64,000 nt of DNA from Camelus dromedarius. Lineage: Eukaryota. The stretch covers positions 79,424,001 to 79,488,000 of the forward strand of contig NC_087437.1 in assembly GCF_036321535.1 (NCBI RefSeq), in the 5' to 3' direction. Below the pieces are notes generated by a model. It searched no databases. It was not told the origin of the DNA and saw only the letters and a list, made by a program, of their open reading frames with translations. Both the position numbers and the translations under genes were made by a program. Below, piece after piece: positions 39,030 through 52,971 of this stretch. Numbering within the stretch: the stretch's first letter is position 1; each line of letters opens with the position of its first letter.

Positions 39030-42000
39030 ATATTTTGATAATTAAATGCATCTCTTTCAGTAATATAGTGAATAGGCAGAAAATTAGTAAGTATATAGCT
39101 AACCTAAAGAACATTATCAACATGATTTAATTGAAATATGTAGAATACTCTACCCAACAACAGTAGAATGTAGAGTTTTCTCAAGTTTACCTGGTGCATT
39201 CAAGATAGAACAGAAATCATACAAAGTATTTTCTCAGACCACAACTGAATTAAATTAGAAATCAGTATGAGACGGTCAGCAATAAATTCCCAAATATCTA
39301 AATCATAGATCAAAAATTAAATGGAATGAATGAAATGCTAAAGCATCCGTATTTGTTTGATGCAGTGATAGCAGTACTTAGAAGACAGAAAATCAGTAAG
39401 CTAAGATATGTGTTTAATACTATAATTTTCTATGTTTCCACCTTAGGAAACAATAGGAAAAAAATCAATAAAGTCAAAAGCAGATTCTCTGAGAACAATA
39501 AAATAAACCTTAGCCATGTTAACTAAGAAAAAAATAGCAAAGACACAAACCAATATTAGAAATGAAAGTTGTATGAACATTAAATGGATAGTAAAGGAAC
39601 AATATGAACAATTCTAGGCCTTCCAATGTGATAACTAGATGAAATGCACCAATTCTTTGAATGACATAAATTACCAAATCACATACAAGGAGAAATAGAT
39701 AATCTGGTGCTTTCCTTTTCATTTCTTTATTTGCTAATGGACCTGCTTATATTGTTTCAATGGTAGATCAACATTGGTAAGTCATGTCGATAAGATGTAC
39801 CCTTGATAGAATGTGATAAAATGGAACTTTACTTCTCTCTGGTCTTTATCCTAAAAATTCATAAACTCGGTCTAATCCTGAGATAATCATCAAACAGTAA
39901 TAAGACGGACATTGACTGGACAACTAACTAGTACTTCTCAAAACTGTGAAGGTCATCAAAAAAAGTTTGAAAAATTGTACAGCCAAGTGTATTGAGACAT
40001 GACAAATAAATGCAATGTGATGTCTTGAATGGGGTCCTGGAACAGAAAAATGACACTAAGTCAAAAATAAGAATGGCTAATAAGACATGCACTTTAGGTA
40101 ATGTATCAATACTGGTTCACTAAGCAAAAGAAATGTAGCATACTCGTGTGAGTTACTAATAATAGGTGAAACTGACATAAAATATATGAAAATTATTAAC
40201 ATCTTGATTTTTCCAAACATCTAAAATTACTACAAAGTTAATTTTTTCAAAAATAAGAAAATGTCTCAATATAAATTCCTACCTTAAGAAAATTGAAAAT
40301 GTAGTACAAAATAAAGTCTAAGCAGAGGGAAGATATTAATAAAAGAACAGAAATAAATTTAAAACATGACAAGAATAGAAAAAAATAAATGAAACCAAAG
40401 TTGTTTTCTTCCCCCCAAAATCAATAAAATGATTAAAACTCTAGTAAGACTGAGAAGACACAAATCATCAATATCAGGAATGAAAGAGTATATCAGTACA
40501 CATCCTGTATCCATTAAAAGTATAACAAGGGACTATTAAAAAAAAAACTTTAAGCAACTCATCAGTAACAAATTAATTCTTCAAAATCCTTATGCTACCA
40601 AACTCAACCAAGACAAAATACATAATGTGAATAGTAATTACCATTACCATTATTGAATTCTTAACTAAAATGTTCCCAGATAGCATATTATCAGGCTCAG
40701 ATGGGGTTCACTGGAGAATTCCACCAAATATTTAAAGAAGACTTAGTACCAATTTTTAACAACTTATCCAGAAAATAGAACAGGAGGGAACACTACCAAA
40801 TTTGTTTTATGTCACCAGTTCTACTGTGAAGCCAAACCATACCAAAAATAAATGAACACCAAAAATCTATAAGCCAACATCTGTCATAAACTTTGAGACA
40901 AAAATCCTCAAAATATTAGCAAATAAAATTCAATGATATATGAAAACAAACACCATACCAAGTGGGATTTAGTCCACATATGCAAAACTAGTTTAACATT
41001 CAACAACCATACCATTAAATATTACTCAGCAATAAAAGGAACAAGCTATTGATTCACAAAGCAATTTGGATGGATTTCAAAGGATATATGCTTAGTGAAA
41101 AAAAAATCCAAAATGTGGCATTTTCATTTATATAACATTTAAAATATTATAGAAATGGAGAGATTAATAGTTGTCATGGTATAGGAGTCAAGGGGCAGGA
41201 GGAAAGAGGGTTGTGATTATATTAGGGCAACACAAGGGCTCCCTGTTAGTATCTTGACTATGGTGGTGGATCCATGTACCTATACATGATGAAACTGCAT
41301 AGAAGCAATTTCCCAATGAAGACATACAGCCAATAGGCACATGAAAAAATGCACATCAAAACTGCAACGAGCTTTCACCTCATACCAGTCAGAATGGCCA
41401 TCATTCAAAAGTACACAAATGATAAATACTGGAGAGGGCATGGAGAATAGGGAACCCTCCTACACTGTTGGTATGAATGCAGTTCAGTGCAGCCATTATG
41501 GAAAACAGTATTTGAGATTCCTCAAAAAACTAAAAATAGACTTATATGATCCAGCAATCCTGCTCCTGAGCATATATCCAGAGGGAACTCTAATTCGAAA
41601 AGATACATGCACCCCAACGTTCATAGAAGCACTATATACAGTAGCCAAGACATGGAAGCAAGCTAAATGTCCATCGACAGATGACTGGATAAAGAAGATG
41701 TGGTAAATGATGGAATACTACTCAGCGATTAAAAAAATAAAATAATGCCATTTGCAGCAACACAGATGGACCTGGAGACTGTTATTCTAAGTGAAGTAAG
41801 CCAAAAAGAGGAAGAAAAATACCATATTACATGACTCATATGTGGAATCTTAAAGAAAAATAGAGGACACTAATGAACTCATCTACAAAACAGAAACAGA
41901 TTCACACATTAATAAACACTTTTATGATTACCAGGGGAAAGGGGATGGGAAGGGATAAAATTGGGAGTCTGAAATTTGCAAAGATTAACCACTTTATATA

Positions 42001-42390
42001 AAAATAGATAAAAACAAGTTTCTTCTGTATAGCATATGGAACTATATTCAATATCTTGTAATAACCTTTAATGAAAATGAAAATATGTATATATAAGTAT
42101 GACTAGGACATTATGCTCTAAACTAGAAATTGATACATTGTAACTGACTATACTTCAGTTTGAAAGAAAAAACTGCATAGAAGTAATAACACATACATAA
42201 ATTGAGTGTAAGTGAAACTGGGGACATCTAAATAAGATTGGTAAATTGTACCCATGAAAATTTCCTGGTTATGGTGTTTTACTACCATTTTTTCCAGATG
42301 TCAATTTTTTCAAGATGTTACCACAGGGGGAAACAGTACACAGAACCTCTAATTTAATACAGGTGTGTATTCAAAATAAAAAAAGTTTAA
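39030..42390 (+). mobile_element. Old L1MC/L1MD-type fragments (ORF2 debris and 3' ends), interrupted by a younger L1 at 41306-42169
   Basis: ORF2 remnants (ttctcagaccacaactgaattaaattagaaatca; ggttcactggagaattccaccaaatatttaaagaag). L1MC-like 3' UTR 39730-40250; L1MD-like 3' UTR 41010-41305 resumes at 42184. Confidence 0.75.
41306..42169 (+). mobile_element. Young 5'-truncated L1 with perfect TSD
   Basis: ORF2 C-terminal peptide (DPAILLLSIYPEG...TWKQAKCPSTDDWIKKMW), 3' UTR and A-tail. TSD aaactgcatagaag at 41292-41305 and 42170-42183. Confidence 0.95.
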
Positions 42391-42930
42391 TAAGTAAAGG
42401 AAAGTAAAAGAACTCTGAAAACTGCACCTGGAAGTTTTCAGCATCTCTAATGTTTGTGCATTCTTTCTCAAGGGTAATGGTATTTCTCTGTACAGTTCTA
42501 TTTGATACACCGAGTGGAATTTTATGAGACCTTCAATTATCCAATTTTCCATAGGTGGTACTATGATAATTCAAATGACCACAACTTCCTGATTCAGTAC
42601 TAACTAATGATTCCTTTGGGGAGAATGAAAGATAAGGAAAATGGGGATGAACAGTCAGGCTGGCTCCGAGGCCACGTTACTTGAGGTTGCTAAACCACTG
42701 ACACCAGTGACAGAAGGATAAGTTAGAATGGAACCTGGAGGTAGAGCCACGTACATTATGCTTTGTGATAATCAATCTATCACACCGATTTTTAAATTTT
42801 GAAATAATCTATTGGTACCTTTCATAAAATTCAAATTTCATTGGTGAAAGGAGATAAAAGATGCTGATCTTTTGAATGGCTATTAACAATCTATGTTGAA
42901 ATATTTGGTAGACTGAAATGTGACTTTAAA

Positions 42931-43130
42931 CCCAAAGTTGGCAAAGTTTTTCTTTATAAAGCCAGATAGTAAATATTTTAGACTTTGAGTCATGCACGGT
43001 ATCTCTTTCTTATTTTAGTATCTTTGTTTTAACCCTGTAAAAATACTTTAAAAATATTATCTCCAGGGCTAAGCAGACATATGCCCATGGGTTACATGTA
43101 GTCAGTGGGCCATAATTTACAGAGCTCTGC
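42931..43130 (+). mobile_element. MER58-like hAT-Charlie MITE
   Basis: gttggcaaagtttttctttataaagccagatagtaaatattttagactttg...gggccataatttacagagctctg. Confidence 0.7.
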
Positions 43131-43484
43131 TTTAAAGAAATATCTATATCTTATTGGCTAATACTTACATATGATTTAAATAATGTTGTAAAAGATTCCA
43201 AAAGAAAAATGATGATGAGTATTTCTAATTAAGAATATTTGACCAGTAATCATCGGGAAGAGGTGAGCTCTGTAAGGTCAGACTTAACTTGCATTAAGTC
43301 CATGGAAGTGGAATGCCTGGCCTCAGGATATCTGGAGTCAGGTTACTGACAGTTAGTCAAGAGAAAAATAAAACCTAGGCAGTAATTTATAAAATTCAAT
43401 TTAAAAGTCAAGTCGTCTTATGGAGGCAACCTGTATTATCTTGTCTACATTGCTTAATGAGATGTATATACTGATTATTTGCAT

Positions 43485-43860
43485 CCCAGTTTGAGTTTGA
43501 AGTCCTGAGAACCAGGAGAAATGACGACACAGTTGCTGTCCAAAGACCACAGGCTCAATATTCAGAAAGAGCCAATATTTCAGTTTAATTCAAAAGCAGG
43601 AAAAAGCCAGTGTCCTAGTTTGAAGGCAGGCAGAAAAGATTCTCTCTTACTCAGGGGAGGGCGAGCCATTTGGTTCTATCTAGGCCTTCAACGATTGGAT
43701 GAGACTCATACACATTAGGGAGAGCCATCTTTACTCATTCCACTAATTTAAGTGTTATATCATCCAAAAACATCCTCACAGAAACACTCTGGATAACAGC
43801 TGACCAAATATCTGGGCAACTGTGGTCCCGTCAAGCTGACACATAAGATTAACCATCACA
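43485..43860 (-). mobile_element. MLT2-type ERVL LTR (partial)
   Basis: Ends ccaaatatctgggca...gtcaagctgacacataagattaaccatcaca, the antisense MLT2 5' terminus. Confidence 0.85.
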
Positions 43861-45949
43861 GCTACCTTCTGGGTTCTAGTGACTCAGGGAAAGACAGTTT
43901 GGCATGAATAAGGAGAAAAGTACACCCTTTATGCTTACAGCTTTGCTGTTGTTCAACTTTATGAAAGCAAGGCCTAGAACAAAGGCCACCATTTCCAGGA
44001 AAACTTCCGTGACCACATCCGACAGAGTCTATCTTTTTCTCCTCTCACGTGATTTTATCTGTAGGATTAATAGTCTATTTAAACAAAACCCATGCCATTT
44101 GAAAATCCTTTGCAAAATCTTCTGTTTTACCTCTTAGTCTTTTAGGAGAAGATGTGACTGAATATTAATATTTTATTCTCTATTTTAAAATTTTCTGGCA
44201 TAAGGCAAAGTATTCTGCACATATTAATCCATCAATAAATACTTATCAAGTAGATAAAATGTAACTAAATACTGCTGTACAAAGAATAAACAGGTAAAAT
44301 AGATAGCATGATAGTTCTTCATCTTACAGCAAGAGAGGGTAGAGTCTAAAGAAAATTCACCATTCAATGGTAAAATAATAAACTGGAATAGTTTTAAGTA
44401 CTCTGAATCCAACTTTCACCTTCATTCTGGAATAGGTCTTCAACAGTACGTGGCCCTGGATGTCAAAGCTACTGTTTCTTTCTAAACTTACCCTCGGTGA
44501 GTAAGTATGCGTTCTGCTTTTGAAAAATCTCTCTTCAAAGACGTATCATTCACAAGCCTGCCACAACAATCAAACGAAGGGAGAAAACACAAGCACTCTT
44601 GTTTCAGACGCTTTCAGAAGCACTCACAGAGAAAGCGCACTGTGCAGGTCACTCAGCTCAAAGACGCAGGCCATTTGGGGGTGACTTGCATGATGCGGGA
44701 CCCTGAAGCAATACAGATTTTACGTGACTGGAGCCAGTACAAACCTGTTATGTACTTATAGGTAGGGCAGTTGAGGAAAACAGAAAACAAAAAGTCTGCA
44801 TAAAAAGGGACAGCACTTATACCTAGATTTGAAAAGCTTCTAGCAAAACTCAGCCAAAGTGAGAAAACCAACATCTCTTAAAGATACAACTCTCACAAAT
44901 CAGTGGTTAAAAAAAAGCTATTGTTTACAAATGTTCAAAGTTGTATTTTTATTCAAAGCATTGTTCCAAAGTTTTCATTTTTCTTTACCCCCTTATAGCT
45001 GATGAGAGAATATGACTTACAACATATAAAACACTACCCATTTATTGGCCAAATGAAATAAAAATCATATGAAATCTCCCAAAAGTAGAGATTAAAAATA
45101 AATTTGTCTAACACAGATCCTGAAAATTATACAGATTCTTTCAGGTTATTTGATATATGTATTCTGAATTTTTCCTCCTGTCCCCTTATAAAAGGGGACA
45201 TGAAAATGATTTGAGCTATTTTTTGTTGTTCAATTATAAAAATATTTTCTGTTAAGTTGATGAAGGAAAGGTTATCTTTGAGTTTTGTTATTTTTCTTCT
45301 ATTAGAGTACAAAATGATATTTCAATTAACACATTAATTATAATACTTAATCCCTACTGGGCCATGATATGTCATTTCAGATACTGAATTTACCTATTTT
45401 TCTGAGTGTAGGAAGTGTCAGGTAGATCCAGGTGAATTCAGTAATCTGGATATCTCTCAGTGGTAAATTTCGTATGGAAGCACCAATTCTCTGGATATGA
45501 TGTCATCAACTATTTAGAAGTTCCACTTCTCAAATGAAATCTTAATGAATTAGCAACTACTTTTTATATACATACTATCAAACTAGTAGCTGGTAGAAGT
45601 GTGTAGAACACCTTCATATACTGCACTATGGTTCTGACAAGGACTGGAAGCAGCTCAATTGTTAAGAGCAACAAAAGCAATACACATATTTAGGTAAATT
45701 AAAAAAATTGTTTGGGACAGAGACAGTGGGATATGAGGAAGTCGAGGGATACAAGGAAGAAAAGAAGGTGATGAAAAGTTGCAAGGATGACAAATCTGGC
45801 TAATCTCGTCTCTCCCCTGGGGCGGTGGGCAATAGGGTTTTATATTTACTATGGAACCTGCCTCTTCCCTTCTCAGTGTTTATGGAGTCAGTTTAGATTA
45901 AACCTGGAAGCACAGAAACTAAAAACAAAGCTTTACCAACAATACAAAG

Positions 45950-46024
45950 TATGTATAATTATACATATACACACATATTTATATACATATATATAAAATA
46001 TATATGGTAAATATATATATGTAT
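45950..46024. repeat. Imperfect (TA)n microsatellite
   Basis: atacatatacacacatatttatatacatatatataaaatatatat. Confidence 0.8.
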
Positions 46025-46599
46025 TAAGTAGAAGGAGTTTCCAAGCTAAGACTGAAATAGTGTCTCTATGTGCTACCTGCTACTATCTTCCTAAAATAAC
46101 AGTTTAAAAAAATTGTCTGCCTTCAATAGGTGTTTTTAATCAGTTCTCATCTCATTTATCTATGGAGGCCTTTCTAGTGAAAGAACAGTTGTCTTTCATC
46201 CACTGCTTCTTTGGAGACCCAGGGTTAGGCATCCAGGACTCCATTCTGGTTAAAAGTGATGTATGGGGGACATGTGCACGTGCGTATGCATTGTTCATGT
46301 AGCATGGCAGGTAGCACACATTTCTCTTGCTGCATTAGGCAGAACTCACCCCAGGAAACCAAAGACAGTCACTTTTAGTTTGCTTTTAGGTTTGTTTAGG
46401 CATCAGTCCTCTTCCTGTGTGTTCAGAAGATTTTTGCTGGTAATGGGTTCACCAATTGCCAGGAGCATTTAAAAGCTTTTTAAATGGTCTTACATTGACT
46501 TTAGGATATTTATTGATGCTCCTGTTAATCACAAGCTCTAAAACACTTTTACTGTGCATTTCTCTCTCTCCCTGCTGCAATGCCCTCTCTTCCTCTCAG

Positions 46600-46632
46600 T
46601 AACTTTTCACATGTAGTGCACAGCTCTGCAAG
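46600..46632 (+). other. Candidate 33-nt frame-preserving small exon (host gene unknown)
   Basis: Long pyrimidine tract with TGC motifs ending ttcctctcAG, then 33 nt, then AAG|GTACGA. One frame is open (NFSHVVHSSA). Confidence 0.3.
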
Positions 46633-48444
46633 GTACGACATTATACAAACATTTTTATTTTGCATTTGATGCAATATTTAGTGGCACTGCATTTGCCTTG
46701 ATCATCAAGGGATGTTTTCCCTACCTAACTGCTATATAATGGAAAAGTAAAAGTTCATTATCCAGAGGTTTATAATTTTACTTTGCATTTGATATTACAT
46801 TTCTGCTCTAACCTCTGAATGTTCTATGATGTACTGATTTAAAAAAAAAAAAGCACTGTATATGAACAATGGAATGTGCATTTTAAATTGTAAGGTAATT
46901 ATCTCGTAATATCTTCTTTGGCCCTTTTCAATCAATGTTTCCTTCCATCATGTGACTCTGGTAGGAGTCTGCCTATTAAAATTCAAATTAGGTAACGAGG
47001 CGCAAATTGCCTCATGAATGTTTTTCTTCTTCTTCTGCATATTTGTCTTCACATTTATAGCTCTCCCAGTTGCTATACTTTCCATGATGCTGAGTTTTCA
47101 TACAAAATTATTGTGCCAATATGCGTGTGGTAGTTCTTAAATGAGAAACATGCACGTTTTCATCATGTTGCCTTTGAAATGGAAACGCAATCGGTTAGCA
47201 CGTTAACTAGAGCATAAGAAGCTAATTAAGAATCCCCCTAAATCCTGAAGATGACTTTGGTAGGGAAGCACGAGTCAGTTTTCAAAGTTCTTAATATCAC
47301 ATAAGAAAAGTTTTTGATGGGGGACAGTGTGGTAATCTCACTCCAGGGGCTTGTGGATGTACCCTGACTAAGTTGCTTATGAAAATGTGATTTCTCAGGG
47401 CTTTGGGCAAATATAAGTAAAGAAGCCAAGGAATTTCTGATACAGCACTGAAGTGACAGGCTAATATTACTGGGAAAAGAGAGTGGAAATGTATGCTTTT
47501 CCATTTCAGTATTTCGATTTTGTCAATGGGATTGGCACTATAATTATCTCTGGATTAGTCACAGGCACAGGCCTATATACTTGTAAAAAGTGAGTATAAT
47601 GTAAACTGTAACTTGACAGGAAATTTGTTTTCAAAGATATAAGGGAGGAGGGGGCAAGAAGTTCAAGCCGAGAAAGAAGTCAAGTATTTTAGACCTTAAC
47701 TGCTGAAACTTAATATTATTTTTCAAAAGATGCTGCTGATAAAGACAGCTTCAGGGAGTCCCCATTTTGCCAAGACTTGATAAATCACAGAACCAGGCAG
47801 CTTCCAAAAGTAAAGATATCACCAGTGTCAGGACATTAACCGGAGGCAATTCCTGGGCCCTTCTTCCCCTGAAATTCTTCCCACCATCCACTTGGCCTTT
47901 GACTCTTTAACACCGGAGGAGAACAGGGAAGCATCTGTAGAATGGAAGGATTTGGACACATTTTCTCCTGCTTCATTCTTCCAGTCACTGATTGGTCAAT
48001 TTATTGATTCATTCCATAACCATCCACCAAACACACCTAACCCTTTTGGTGGGTGAAAAGTGTTTGCTGTATTTTGATTTCCTCTTTGCTTTTCTTAAAA
48101 CTGAAGTTTATTCATCAATAGGGAAAATCACAAAGATTTCAATGGAAAAAAAACAGCAAAAACGAAACAAAGCTATCGCAGATGAACAGAACTATGACCT
48201 AAAAACAAATATATTCTTAATACAATTTCTGAAAGAAAATCAAGCTCTTTAATTTTTTTTTGCTACCCATACACTTTTCTATAAACTACTGAATATTCAG
48301 AACGAAGGATACTGAAGCAAAATATAATCATTTTAAAGGCAAAGTACACTGCATCGTTCCCCAAGGAATTTGTCATCTATATCAGCCACAGATATGTATT
48401 ATAGAAATGTGAAAACTTTAGAGCACAAACAAAACCACCTTCTC

Positions 48445-48703
48445 CTTTTAGAAATGTGGCATACGTCTCTATTAATGATTTTAGTGCTTTTCTAGATACA
48501 AGGAGATGCAAGAATTTGGGCTCATAAAATCTCCTGAAAATATCTTATTATCTGAAGGCCTGTTCTACCAGGTTTTCCCAGAGCACAGAGTGCCCCATTC
48601 CTGATCTCCACCCTGAACTCTTAAAACTGAAGGTCAGGGACTGCAGTGGCTAGTGACTTAATCCTTATAGAGGCAGACGGCAAGCGCCAAGTTTTAGTTG
48701 GCA
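48445..48703 (-). mobile_element. ERV1-class LTR fragment (cetartiodactyl-type)
   Basis: ttttagtgcttttctagata...gggctcataaaatc...cagagcacagagtgcc...ttagttggca recalled from artiodactyl/cetacean LTRs. Confidence 0.65.
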
Positions 48704-49639
48704 ACATGAACACAACAGAGCCCTAATCAGAGGGCTAAAAGACAAACAGTGACAGGTTAGACGAAGTTCCAAAGTAACCTTGATCTAATCTCTCTGATCC
48801 TTAGATTCTACATGTCTAAACTGAGCCCCATACCTTCTCCAGCAAGATTATAATGAAAATTAAATGGGAGCAGCATGCCAGGTACCACATATGATGCTTG
48901 AAACTTGGTAAGTACTGCAGTCGTAGTAGACTCAACAGGCACCTTTCTTTCCCTTCCTATGTAAATACTTGTTTAATACAAATAGGTGCTTTTGTATTTG
49001 CTCCATTCAAATTAATGTATCACATAGTCAAAAATAACAGCAACAACAAAACTATAAGTGAGCTGTTTAGGGATTTTTGTTTTTCTATTTTGCCTGCTTA
49101 TACACCAGCAGGTGCAAAGCTATTTAAATTCAACCCAATTACTAAATACCTACAATTCATTCTACATTCTGCTAGATGTTAGAGATAACAGACATAAGTA
49201 CTACGAAGATTCTACTCAAGAAGAAATATAAGACAGGCAAATAATTATAATACAATGAGAAGTGTCATCACAGAAGTAGGTACAAGGCACAATGGCACCA
49301 CAGAGGAATGCTTGTTGAAATAGCTGTCTTCAGGGAGTGACAGAGCAGCCTTCCCAGAAGGTGGGAAGGTTTAGAAGACTGACTAGGTGAATAGGGAGGC
49401 AGCAGTTGTCAGCTCCAGACTAAGACACAGAGAAAACCACACTACATTGGTAGGAACTGTGAGTGGACTTATGTTAGCGTACTTCCTGCAAGAGCATAAC
49501 ATGGAGAGGAAAGAGAGAAGGCAATAGGGATTGAGAACGAGGCGAGGCTCAGTGTTTCAGGAGATCCTCAGGGAAATCCCAAGCCCTTCTAACAACATTA
49601 TGTATTTTTTCTATTCTCTTGAGAAGACGACCCATTTTA

Positions 49640-50630
49640 AAATGTCTGTTTTTCCTAAGGATGCTACAGTAAGATATCCTTGACCCTATTCCAGAAGAAT
49701 GTAGGAAATGTACCATCAGTAGACTCTGTTCCAAGTCTCCTGGTTTGGAGCTCAAGCTGACTTGCCACCCATAATTGTTACAGAAGATAAACTTGCCCTT
49801 GCTTGAAGACATTTATGATCAGATACCACCACAGTCCCACAGGTCTGCCCTGATGGGGGTACTTAAGGTGGTCAGAATACATTTCTCCCCACCTAGAGAG
49901 TCACCCAGGGTACCCTTGCAGCATGGCTATGGCAGGGGTCAAAATCCTTCATACCGACCCCTGACCAACTGAGCCCAGTCACGTCAGGATTTTCTGCACA
50001 TTTTTTAGAAACCTGACTTTGGGCAGAGGGCTGGTTGTGCATGACTAATGTGTGAATGCTGCTTAGCTCTGTCACAGATGGGGGAAATAGGACAGTAAAC
50101 ATTGTTCCCTGGTGTTTTGCTACTTTTTGCTTGATGACAGTTTAAGAATTAATACTAGACCTGACCCAAAGGGGGAAAAGATTTCTAAGTTTGGCAGCTC
50201 CTAAAACAGACACATTATGACAGTACTTATGTACTCTATTTGGGAGATGTTAACTGCCTTGGAGTCACACTGCTTGTAAACCCACTGTTAAAACCATCTG
50301 GGTCTTCTCCCTTCCCTTCCCTCCTTCCCTTTCCCTCTTTTTCTTCTTTTTCCCTTTCTTTCATTTCCTTTCCTTTTGCTTCCTTCCATAAATTTCCCAA
50401 TATCTTCCATTACTTTTGGTCTGTTTCAGTTTTCTCCTTGGAGTCAGTTTTGGATGTCTGTTTCACCTGGCAGGCTTCAGTTAAGCCATGCATTACTATT
50501 ATGTTTGTCAACCTTACAATTCTTGAGGTCTGCTCTTTAGACCTGCTTTACTCTCACCAAGTGTCCACTTCCCTATCTGAGTGGGGGATCCCGTTTTGCA
50601 GGCTTCCTGGTTCCATACCCTTAAGACATC
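49640..50630 (+). mobile_element. Old LTR, LTR78-like, with internal CT-rich tract (50305-50390)
   Basis: 3' end ttcttgaggtctgctct...actctcaccaagtg...atctgagtggg...cccgttttgcaggct matches recalled LTR78. Left boundary approximate. Confidence 0.55.
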
Positions 50631-52971
50631 CACTCACAGGTTGGTGAGTGAGTGAACCAAGAGCCAGGATCCATTCAGGTATATTTCTGGCTGATCACTA
50701 AGATGAAACACAGGTACCATTTTATTCTAATAAAGTTTTACATAGATGAATTCAAAGTAACTTTTATTGTTTTTATGCATTTATATTTCTATTGTTTAAT
50801 TGGAAAGTCTTACATTGTAAGTAGGAAAAGACAGCCATGTTGCTATTCATTGATCCACTCATGATACATTATTTAGCTTATATTCAGGGGACAATATTTT
50901 GTCACATATTGTCAAAAATGACAGTATTAACCAGCTGGCCTAACATACTGATAATAGGAGTTATCCTCAAACAAACAAATTTCCAAAAACCCATCAGCCA
51001 TATCATAGAAGTTATGACTAAGCTACTTCAGATCAAAATATCTGACACTGTACTGAAGACAGAATTATTGCCAGCATATACATCAAACAATCCATGATCA
51101 ACAGAGTTATTGAGCAAATAGCTATGGATCATACTTGAGCATCAGTACTTTGCTGCACTCTGCTATGACTCATAAAAGGCAGGACCATGTTAAAAGTTTA
51201 GCAAAAGCTGGGGAGTTAAGAAGAAATTTTATTCCTGTGGCACTTGGCCACACCAAAGATGTAGAAGCAAGGAACCCTTCTCTGGACACCAGCTCCACCT
51301 GAAACTTATAGTAAGAATAGATAAGCCTGATCTCTTAAAAACAATTTTTTTTCTCTCCCTTGACTTCCATTGCAATGAACACGCCCTGACTTCCTCTTTT
51401 TTTGAGTTTTATTTTATTATAGATATATCTTATAAATTCAGCCTATTACCATTGCTTTACAATGTTGCATTTTTGTGATTAATGTTAAATTATTTTCACG
51501 GATTGTTTTCCAACTTTAATTCATTCTCTTTAACAGAGCTGGTGTCATATTGCAACCTTAGCTCTCTTTGTTTCTCATACAGTATACTTTTATTTCAATG
51601 TGGAAAGACAAATGGAAATTCAAAGAATTATGAAGCATTTCCAAACTCAACCTCCCACTAAAAAGGCTGACATACCCTAAAACAATGAACAAACATATAT
51701 CTGAAAGATAGCCATTTCCCTAACAATGGGCCTATATTCAATTTAACAAAGATGTCCCATAATACAGAGATTTTAATCAAAAAAAAGTACACAGAGAGGC
51801 AAATTTTTCCCTATGTTGCTACCCTGAAACCCAGTTCTTTAACCCTGGCGGCAAATAATTACTTGGCTGAACAGGTCTTGAGAAACCACAGGCATTCAAG
51901 CACCCCCTTCTAGTACAAAGAAAACTCAAAATCTTGCTCAGATAAAAAGGGAGGGGAACCATGAAGGATTTATCTAAACAGTGACTTTTAGTGAAATGTG
52001 TAAATGTTAATAGAACCAAGAAAAAAAGTGAGATTATGCAAATATTTGTTAACATGCAAATGATGGAAAATATATTTTTGAAGGAGACACCCTAGAAAAA
52101 GAAGATAAATTTGTCATAACTGCATTCTCAAGGAAATTTTAATGGATGCTATAAAATAAGATATAAAAGAGTATTTGGAAGGGTTTCAAAATGTACTTAA
52201 ATGACAAATACATTGACACTGCTGGAAGCAAAACTCATGATAAATAATACAGAAAACAAAGTGGAAAACAGCTGGAATTGAATGCACTGCAAAGAGAGAA
52301 ATTAATGAAAAAATAAGATGAGGTAGATCAATCAGATTGGCAGTAGATGTGACTGCAGAACTGAACAAATAAATCGTAGAATGCATTTGAAGATATGAAA
52401 CAATGCTCCATTAAAATGAAAGAAAAATCTAAACAAAATTTGTAACAAAACATTATTTTAAAGTCTCCTACCAGCCATACCGTGTTGAAAAATATTGGAT
52501 TTCAAGGGTAAAGAAAAAACTGATACAACTCCAGGCTAGAACCAAGCAAGATTACTTCTGAATACAATGGCCTTAAACACTTCTAGAAATGTGACATTTT
52601 GATGTGGTGATTTCCAAGTGGCCATTTAACACAGTCCTTTTCACATTCCTCCTCTGACACAGGGACATTCTGATTTAACTTAGAAAAGTTAACTTAGTGT
52701 TCATTATTTACATTTAAATTGCTTAATATTTGGAATAAATACCTACCTTAAATAAGCCTCCCATCCCTGACCCTGCTTTGCAAGATACCTTTCTGTGTGC
52801 ATCACTCACGTTGTCTAATATTCTCTCTTTGATGTAAAATGTCAGTGTTTTGATGATGTTTTGTTATAATTTTATCAGGTTTTCTTTATATATCTTTGGC
52901 TTCTTTGTTGCATAAAATTAATTATTTCAATATAATTTTATTAGATAATTCTCTTTAACAATTAAAAAGTT

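Noticed and set aside
45179..45200. 9-bp-arm palindrome tgtcccctt-ataa-aaggggaca containing TATAAAA
   Set aside because: Short enough to occur by chance; eight A/T between CC and GG, so not a CArG box; no promoter context.
50240..50647. 135-aa hydrophobic ORF
   Set aside because: Produced by a CT-rich low-complexity tract inside an old LTR.
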